DNA of 64,000 nucleotides, taken from an uncultured virus (IMG/VR IMGVR_UViG_3300037307_000895). Taxonomy: Duplodnaviria > Heunggongvirae > Uroviricota > Caudoviricetes. Within the stretch, counting starts at the first letter, position 1. Every line of letters starts with the position of its first letter. Positions 57,426 through 64,000 of the stretch are shown in pieces. The stretch lies in the IMG/VR virus record IMGVR_UViG_3300037307_000895; one strand, written 5' to 3'. The position numbers and the translations under genes were made by a program. The notes under the pieces are model-generated. The model had not been told where the DNA came from and did not search any database. It was given only the letters and a program-made list of their open reading frames with translations.

Positions 57426-58130
57426 ATGTTAAATGAATATGCGGAATTTAAATCAATTAGTATTGATGAATTAAACACTAGAATATCTAATTCTGGTAGT
57501 TTACTATTAAATGATATAAAAAAATATAGAGAAGTAGGTGAGAATAAAATGGATTATTTGTTTTATAATTCATTGAATTTACCGCTAGAGATAATAAAAT
57601 TACCTTTCAGTATAGATTTGAATTCGATGATTAATAAATATTCTCTTTTTTCACCATATTTATTACAATTATTAAATTCATCTGAGTATAATAAAGTTCT
57701 AGAATTTATGGGAGGAACTTCCTTATTTTCTGAATTTGTTTCTGGGATGGGTAAAGAGGTTACTTATGCATCTCCTGAATCAGAAATGTTTAATTTTGTT
57801 AAATGGAGGGTATCTAATAGAAATCTGAATATTAAAATTAAAGAAGTTGCCAGAGATTTTAAGTTATATGAAACATATGATTTTATCATGTCTGATGGTG
57901 TTTTACAATTATTTAATGACGAAGAACAATATAATATTTTAGAATCAATGACTAATTCTTTAAATAAAGGTGGTGTATTGGCTTTATTAGTAGATTGGTC
58001 TGGTAGTGAAGAAAATCCACTTAATTATGATATTGATGTATCAAAATTACATGATTACCTAGATAGAAAAGATTTAGTTTGTATCTATGGTAAAAATACA
58101 TTTTCATCTTTGTGGAAAAAGATGTTTTAA
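57426..58130 (+). CDS. class I SAM methyltransferase-like protein
   Basis: KVLEFMGG, YDFIMSDGVL, LNKGG. Confidence 0.6.
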   Translation: MLNEYAEFKSISIDELNTRISNSGSLLLNDIKKYREVGENKMDYLFYNSLNLPLEIIKLPFSIDLNSMINKYSLFSPYLLQLLNSSEYNKVLEFMGGTSLFSEFVSGMGKEVTYASPESEMFNFVKWRVSNRNLNIKIKEVARDFKLYETYDFIMSDGVLQLFNDEEQYNILESMTNSLNKGGVLALLVDWSGSEENPLNYDIDVSKLHDYLDRKDLVCIYGKNTFSSLWKKMF

Positions 58131-58636
58131 GAATAATATATAATTCAATGAAAAATAAATTTAAAGAGCCTTTTGTTTTATTATTGATAGGTCCACCTTT
58201 AAGTGGTAAATCTACTTGGATCAAAAATAATTTTGAACCAGATACTGTGACTATTATCAGTCGTGATGATTTAGTTATTGAGGTCTGGGGTGAAAATAAT
58301 TATGATGAAGCATTTAGAAATGTAGACCAAAAAAAAGTTAATTATCTTTTGGATAGTAAAATGAAAGAAGCTGCTGAAAGTGGAGATAATGTGATTGTTG
58401 ATATGACCAATATGACTTCTAAAAGAAGAAGAACCACTTTAGAATATTTTAGTGATGATTATCAAAAGGTTGCGGTTATATTTCCGATTTTAGATTGGGA
58501 TGAATATTGGAGGAGAAATGATAAGAGAAAATCTGAAGAGAATAAGAGTATTCCAGACCATGTTATCAAAAATATGATAGCATCTTACCAGCCTATTAAA
58601 AAAGAAGAAGGATTTGATAAGGTAATTTCAATTTAA
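58112..58636 (+). CDS. P-loop polynucleotide kinase-like (AAA_33)
   Basis: IGPPLSGKSTW, ISRDD, VIVDMTN, R..KR, IPDHVI..M. Confidence 0.82.
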   Translation: MEKDVLRIIYNSMKNKFKEPFVLLLIGPPLSGKSTWIKNNFEPDTVTIISRDDLVIEVWGENNYDEAFRNVDQKKVNYLLDSKMKEAAESGDNVIVDMTNMTSKRRRTTLEYFSDDYQKVAVIFPILDWDEYWRRNDKRKSEENKSIPDHVIKNMIASYQPIKKEEGFDKVISI

Positions 58637-58693
58637 TTTTTCTTTGTTTTTTCAGTATTTTTTCGTATATTTGTAGTACAAAATAGTCTATAT

Positions 58694-59311
58694 ATGAACA
58701 AATACGAAAAACTCAAGATTTCTCTCCGTTATTGGTTATTAGGAATGGCTCAGTCTAACCCTGAATACCTAAAATGTGTAGAAGCTCTCGAATTCGCTTC
58801 TAAATTTCACACAGGAGTGAGAAAAGATGGTATTACTCCTGAGTTTGAACATCAATTAGTGATTACTCACTACATCAGAAGTCTGATTAACAACCTAATG
58901 TATCCTGTTGAGACTATTTGTACTTCCCTTTTACATGATGTTCCCGAAGATTATGCTGTTTCTTTTGAAGAACTTACCGATAAATTCGGAAACAGAGTTT
59001 CTAATTCTGTTGAAAAATTGACCAAGTTTCATCGTGGACACAAAAAGACTAATGAAGTTTACTTTGATGGAATTTCGAAAGACCCAATCGCTTCAGTTTG
59101 TAAAGGTGGTGACAGAATACATAATCTTCAATCAATGGTTGGTGTATTCACAGTTACTAAACAAAAAGATTATATCTTAGAAGCTGAAGATTGGATCCTT
59201 CCAGCACTTAAAGAAGCTCGTCGTCTTTTCCCTCAACAAGAATTAGCATATGAAAACATCAAATTGATGATGAAGTCTCAAATTGAATTAATTAAATTTA
59301 CTCACAATTAA
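58694..59311 (+). CDS. HD-domain hydrolase, RelA/SpoT (Mesh1/SAH)-like
   Basis: H.G.RKDG.TP...H, LLHDVPED, K..DRIHNL. Confidence 0.82.
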   Translation: MNKYEKLKISLRYWLLGMAQSNPEYLKCVEALEFASKFHTGVRKDGITPEFEHQLVITHYIRSLINNLMYPVETICTSLLHDVPEDYAVSFEELTDKFGNRVSNSVEKLTKFHRGHKKTNEVYFDGISKDPIASVCKGGDRIHNLQSMVGVFTVTKQKDYILEAEDWILPALKEARRLFPQQELAYENIKLMMKSQIELIKFTHN

Positions 59312-59320
59312 AAAATATTT

Positions 59321-59707
59321 ATGAAAATAGCATTAGTGGCTCATGATAATAAAAAAGCAGAAATGGTTTCATTTGTAATGAAACGTATGGATTTTTTCAA
59401 TATGAATAATATTGAAATTTTTGCTACAGGAACAACAGGAAAGCATATATATGATGCTGGAGTTAAAAAGGTTAACAGAGTTCTTTCAGGACCAATGGGT
59501 GGAGATGCTCAAATAGCATCAATGATAGTTGATAAAAAAATAGACGGATTGATTTTTTTCGTTGACCCACTTGATGTACATCCTCACCAAGTAGACGTTA
59601 GTATGTTATTAAGAATATGTAATGTACATAATATTCCGGTAGCGACTAATTATTCAACCGCAAAATGTCTAGTTTCATATTGGAAAACAAAATTAGAAAA
59701 TGCATAA
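59321..59707 (+). CDS. mgsA: methylglyoxal synthase
   Basis: IALVAHDNKK, ATGTTG, SGPMGGDAQI, DPLDVHPHQVDV. Confidence 0.93.
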   Translation: MKIALVAHDNKKAEMVSFVMKRMDFFNMNNIEIFATGTTGKHIYDAGVKKVNRVLSGPMGGDAQIASMIVDKKIDGLIFFVDPLDVHPHQVDVSMLLRICNVHNIPVATNYSTAKCLVSYWKTKLENA

Positions 59708-60930
59708 ATTCAAAAAAGGTGATAGGGTCATATGTAATTGTAAATTGAAGAGGAAAAGGGGAAATGGTAAGTGGGAAGAATTTACAAAAACTAAATGTCG
59801 TATCATAAAAATAAATAGAGAGGATATCCCAAACTATAGAGTTTATATTGAGGATTTAGATAGATACGATATTATAGGAGAAATATATCTTAAAAAGGAT
59901 ACTGAATATTATAGAGATACTAAAATACAAGAAATTTTAAAATAATTTTATATGCCAAACTATGTGAAAAACCAAATTGAAGTTATCGGTGATAGAAAAC
60001 AGATTGATGAACTTTTGAAAAATGTTTCCTCAAAAGATAGATGTTTTGATTTTGAAAAAATATCACCAATGCCTGAATCATTGAGAATAGATTCTGGTTC
60101 TACAAATGATAGAAACTATGCGATATTTCTTTATGAAGAAAAAATAGATGATAGTCCATTAAAAGGATATCTTTCATACCCATGGGTCAAAAAAGAAGGA
60201 ATTACTACACTTGAAGAAGTATATGAATACTTCAAAACCAAGGCACCAGATGGCCAAATATATAACAGGAATATAGCTAAACAAATGCATGAAAACATTC
60301 AAAAATATGGTGCTAAAGATTGGTATGATTGGTCCTGTAATAATTGGGGCACAAAATGGAACGCTAGTGACTCAACAATTGATGAAAATATAATTACATT
60401 TGAGACAGCTTGGGCTACACCTGTTCCTATTATTGAGAAACTTTCAATTGATTACCCTAATTTAGAATTTGTTGTTAGTTATGCAGATGAAGATATTGGT
60501 TCAAATTGTGGGATATATAAGATGAAAAATGGTAATATCATATCTGATGAAAAGGGTGATATAGTTTTTGCTTGTGAAATGTGGGGATATGATCCTGCTG
60601 ATTATGATGATTCATATCGTAGAGATAAAACAATTGATACAATTCTTGATAAAAAGGAAATCAATGAGTGATTTTAAGAAAGCAATCAGTAAAGCGATAG
60701 CTGAATCTCGGAGCAAAAAAATGCGTATAATAAAAACAAGAGCCATATGTACAAATTGTTATAAAGAATTTGTGGCTGAGGAATATGTAGGTGATAAATC
60801 GGATGTTCAAAAATTAATAATAATGTTGGAGCGAAATGTTGGATCACAACTTTTCCATCATATGAAAGATGATTCAGAATGTAAAATGATTAGGGATAGG
60901 GATTTTAAATTAAAAAATATTTTAAAGTAA
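59700..60930 (+). CDS. hypothetical proteins with C-terminal tag (59700-59945; 59952-60671 DUF1281/YubB-like; ~60664-60930)
   Basis: MPNYVKN..WYDWSCNNWGTKWNA..FETAW; tags RDTKIQEIL, RDKTIDTIL, RDFKLKNIL. Confidence 0.6.
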
Positions 60931-61416
60931 ATGATAACTATAATAGCAGCTTCTTCTAAAAATGGAGTTATAGGTAAAGAGAATACTCTACCATGGAGAT
61001 TACCCGAAGACCTCAAGAGATTTAAATCATTAACTACAGGTAAAAATGTATTAATGGGTAGAAAAACCTATGAATCAATTGGTAAGCCACTACCTAATCG
61101 AACTAATATTGTGGTGACCAGAGATACTGCTTTTAAAGCAGATGGTGTTTTAGTTTATAATAGCTTAGAACAAGTTCTTCCAATATTTAGGGATATAGTG
61201 GTAATTGGTGGTGGTGAAATATACAATCAATTTATTAATAAAGCTGATGTTATTGAATTAACTTTAATTGATAAAGAATTTGAAGGAGATGCTTTCTTTC
61301 CGACTATAGACAAAAATTGGAAAGAAATTAATCGTGAAACACAAAAAAACACCGAATTTGAATACCATTTCATAACATATATCAACACAAAAAATTCCAT
61401 TAAAAATGCCACATAA
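60931..61416 (+). CDS. folA: dihydrofolate reductase
   Basis: NGVIG..LPWRLPEDLKRFK, MGRKTYESIG.PLPNR, IGGG, GDAFFP. Confidence 0.95.
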   Translation: MITIIAASSKNGVIGKENTLPWRLPEDLKRFKSLTTGKNVLMGRKTYESIGKPLPNRTNIVVTRDTAFKADGVLVYNSLEQVLPIFRDIVVIGGGEIYNQFINKADVIELTLIDKEFEGDAFFPTIDKNWKEINRETQKNTEFEYHFITYINTKNSIKNAT

Positions 61417-61780
61417 AATGAAAATATTAAATACAGTTGAACCCAAAGACTATACTAAGAAAATTGGAAATAAAAACCATCAGGTATATTTAAATGTCGT
61501 TGGAATATTTGATTCTGTAAGTATGAATTGGAAATATTATGTAATATCAACCGTTGACAATTATAAGATTATGACAAATGATATAAAAGATTTCCAAAAT
61601 GGAAGTACTTATTGTGAAACGGATATTTATCATATATCATCAAAAGGTAGATTTTTTTCTACACAAGAAGAAGCAGAACAATATATTAATGAATTTAAAA
61701 TGAGGTGGGAATATGCCACCAACGATACATTACAAGAAATTAGGGATCAAAAATTAAAATCATTAACAGATGAAAAGTAG
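61406..61780 (+). CDS. hypothetical protein with C-terminal tag
   Basis: IRDQKLKSL. Confidence 0.5.
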   Translation: MPHKMKILNTVEPKDYTKKIGNKNHQVYLNVVGIFDSVSMNWKYYVISTVDNYKIMTNDIKDFQNGSTYCETDIYHISSKGRFFSTQEEAEQYINEFKMRWEYATNDTLQEIRDQKLKSLTDEK

Positions 61781-62489
61781 AGAATATTTAATGGATATTT
61801 TTGAGGATACTATTAATAAGGTAGAATCTGGTAAATATAGAAATTACTTAAAATCAGAAAAAGTAAAATTTGACACCATAACTGTAGAATCTGAATATAA
61901 TCGTTTCAATGTTTCGGTAGTAAATGAAGATTGTATTGAGACAGCGAGAATTCTTTCAAAAGAAGGAAAAACTTGTATGTTAAACATGGCATCACACCGG
62001 AAACCTGGTGGTGGTGTGAAAACTGGCGCCATGGCTCAAGAAGAGGAATTAGCAAGGAGGTCAAATTTAATGTGGGGATTAAATTCAGAATATTACCCAC
62101 TTTCTGAAAACGAATTCATATATACATATGATGTTGACTTTTTTAAAGATTCTGATTATAATGAAATAGACCCATTCATTTGTGATGTTATTACTATGCC
62201 AGCTGTTAATATAAATGTGGGTAAACCATCTAATTATAAATATTTGATGTTAGAAAAAATAGAAAACATACTATCATATCCATATACAAAAGGTTGTAAG
62301 AATTTGGTATTAAGTGCTTTTGGATGTGGAGTATTTAAAAATGATCCTAAGTATGTATCTGGCTTATTTAAAGAATTGATATATAATAAGTATGGTGGTT
62401 TATATGATAATATAATTTTCTCTATAATTAATGATAGAAATTCTGTTGGTAGTAATTATTCAGTTTTTAAGGAAGTGATAATAAATTAA
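61770..62489 (+). CDS. bacterial PARG-like macrodomain protein (TIGR02452)
   Basis: LNMAS..KPGGG...GAMAQEEELARRS; LSAFGCGVFKNDP. Confidence 0.88.
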   Translation: MKSREYLMDIFEDTINKVESGKYRNYLKSEKVKFDTITVESEYNRFNVSVVNEDCIETARILSKEGKTCMLNMASHRKPGGGVKTGAMAQEEELARRSNLMWGLNSEYYPLSENEFIYTYDVDFFKDSDYNEIDPFICDVITMPAVNINVGKPSNYKYLMLEKIENILSYPYTKGCKNLVLSAFGCGVFKNDPKYVSGLFKELIYNKYGGLYDNIIFSIINDRNSVGSNYSVFKEVIIN

Positions 62490-62524
62490 TCTTTCATAAT
62501 CAATATATAGAAATAAAAATTGAC

Positions 62525-63076
62525 ATGAAAGATTTTATATCGTCTCTAATTTCTAATAAATGGTTCAAAATTATAAGCCTTGTTTCAGTTCTTATAATAG
62601 TTATTTTTGTTATAGGTAAATTTGATACCGAAGATAACCCCTTTAATAAAATTCAGCTATCTGAAAATAACTTAGTTTTATCAACAGACGGCACTTGTGA
62701 TACGATACTGAGAGTGGGATTAGATGTCGCAAATTTAAGTGGATTAATAGTCAATATTTTACCTCTTTCAGAATCAGCTAAATCCTCTTTTAATGGGGAT
62801 TTGAATGCACATTTAAGACTACATGATGGAACATATTATCTATTTATAAATCATAATAATTCTAGAGAAGAACTCATTAGAATAATATCACACGAAATCA
62901 TACACATACAACAATATCATTCAAAAAGGCTTATTTATGAGAATGGATCTGTTATGTGGGAAGGTGCTGAATATGATTTAAATTCAATATCATATGAAAA
63001 TCGCCCATGGGAAAATGAAGCATTTTCGGGACAGAATGAAATATATCAAAAAATTTATAATATTTTATATAAATAG
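62525..63076 (+). CDS. membrane-anchored zincin-like metallopeptidase
   Basis: HEIIHIQQ; RPWENEA. Confidence 0.7.
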   Translation: MKDFISSLISNKWFKIISLVSVLIIVIFVIGKFDTEDNPFNKIQLSENNLVLSTDGTCDTILRVGLDVANLSGLIVNILPLSESAKSSFNGDLNAHLRLHDGTYYLFINHNNSREELIRIISHEIIHIQQYHSKRLIYENGSVMWEGAEYDLNSISYENRPWENEAFSGQNEIYQKIYNILYK

Positions 63077-63199
63077 TTGATTATCAATTATATTTTTTAA
63101 AATCCTTGTCCTGCTTGAAAAAAATTTAATAAAATTTTAAAACCTTTGGTTTTCTAAGGAATATAATATCTATAATTTAAACAATTAAAAATTAAAACT

Positions 63200-63475
63200 A
63201 TGAACAAAGCAGATTTAATCAATGAGGTTTCTACCACTACCGGTCTTACTAAGACAAAATCAGGTGAAGTTATTGACGCCGTAACAGAATCAATGAAAAA
63301 CGCCCTATCTAAGGGTGATAAGGTAACTTTGGTTGGTTTTGGATCTTTTACTCCTTCTAAGAGAAAGTCTCGTAAAGGTCGTAATCCTAAAACTGGACAG
63401 GTAATTTCAATTCCTGAAAAGGTGGTTGTTAAGTTTAAGTCAGGATCATACCTTTCTGATTCTGTTAATTCTTAA
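63200..63475 (+). CDS. hup: HU family DNA-binding protein
   Basis: MNKADLI..GFGSF..RKGRNPKTG. Confidence 0.93.
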   Translation: MNKADLINEVSTTTGLTKTKSGEVIDAVTESMKNALSKGDKVTLVGFGSFTPSKRKSRKGRNPKTGQVISIPEKVVVKFKSGSYLSDSVNS

Positions 63476-63491
63476 TCTTAATTGACGGTAA

Positions 63492-63525
63492 TAAAAAAAG
63501 TCGGGTTTATTCCGACTTTTTTTTT
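63492..63525. terminator. intrinsic terminator
   Basis: AAAAAAAGTCGG-gtttatt-CCGACTTTTTTT. Confidence 0.8.
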
Positions 63526-63571
63526 GTTTTTGTATATAAATTTAATATATTTGTAATTAAATTCTATTGTA

Positions 63572-64000
63572 ATGCATTTAGAAATCGAAAGGAAATTTTT
63601 ATTAAAAGCAATACCATCAAAGGAACCTGATGAAGTAATTAATATAGATCAATATTATTGGAAAAATAGTAAAGGAATATGGGAGAGAGTTAGAAAGTAT
63701 GAATCAATCAAAGAAAAAAGATACATACATACAATTAAAAAGGCTGTTGCTAAAGGAATTAATATAGAAGATGAAAAAGATATTAATTCAAGTGATTTTG
63801 AGAAATTTTTAGAAAAATGTTTTAAAGATGGATCACAATCTAAATTTATATCAAAGGATAGAATCATATACAAGGTATCGGATGAAATAAAGTGGGAAGT
63901 AGATGTATTTGATAGTGGATATAAATTAATAATAGCAGAAGTCGAGATACCTAAGAAAAATTATAAATTAGATATACCTGATTTTATCAAAGATGTACTT
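63572..64000 (+). CDS. CYTH-domain protein (partial)
   Basis: MHLEIERKFLLK..KWEVDVF..IAEVE; runs off the window; not in the ORF track. Confidence 0.8.
   Translation, partial: MHLEIERKFLLKAIPSKEPDEVINIDQYYWKNSKGIWERVRKYESIKEKRYIHTIKKAVAKGINIEDEKDINSSDFEKFLEKCFKDGSQSKFISKDRIIYKVSDEIKWEVDVFDSGYKLIIAEVEIPKKNYKLDIPDFIKDVL

Noticed and set aside
1..64000. Bacterial chromosome origin (aaRSs, rplE, smpB, hup, folA)
   Set aside because: These genes are isolated from their normal operons and lie among orphan ORFs, virion-like proteins and atypical tRNAs; a jumbo phage fits better, though no capsid or terminase gene is in the window
1..64000. Stop-codon reassignment
   Set aside because: Recognisable genes are full length in code 11, end in TAA, TAG or TGA, and no suppressor anticodon was found

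Overview
AT-rich segment of what appears to be a very large (jumbo/T4-like) bacteriophage infecting Bacteroidetes. Supporting signs are TTTG-N18-20-TAnnTTTG host-type promoters, TonB-dependent receptors, a neck-like protein, collagen/beta-helix fibre proteins and many short orphan ORFs. The window is rich in translation functions: about 55 tRNA or tRNA-like genes (six arrays plus three singletons), TrpRS, AsnRS, a partial SmpB, ribosomal protein uL5, Thg1, two RNA ligases, a polynucleotide kinase and a HAD phosphatase. It also has a TBDR-PnuC-NadR NAD salvage module, glycosyltransferases and methyltransferases. Main discovery: all six tRNA arrays, and the asnS-tRNA-Arg unit, lie behind a short leader-peptide ORF, an antiterminator segment and an intrinsic terminator. 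In each case the leader's control codons match the tRNAs downstream (H/F/W; K; S/R; Y/E; I(ATA)/G/A; L/N/R/M/T/I/V/C; N/R(AGG)). This suggests ribosome-mediated attenuation that supplies tRNAs on demand. Other oddities are a circularly permuted tRNA-Lys split in the anticodon loop, a family of tRNAs with a strand-swapped D-arm, tRNA scaffolds with large anticodon-loop inserts, and a C-terminal R-[DNE]-x-K-[IL]-x-x-[IL]-L tag on about 19 unrelated proteins. All calls were made by eye; no searches or folding were run.
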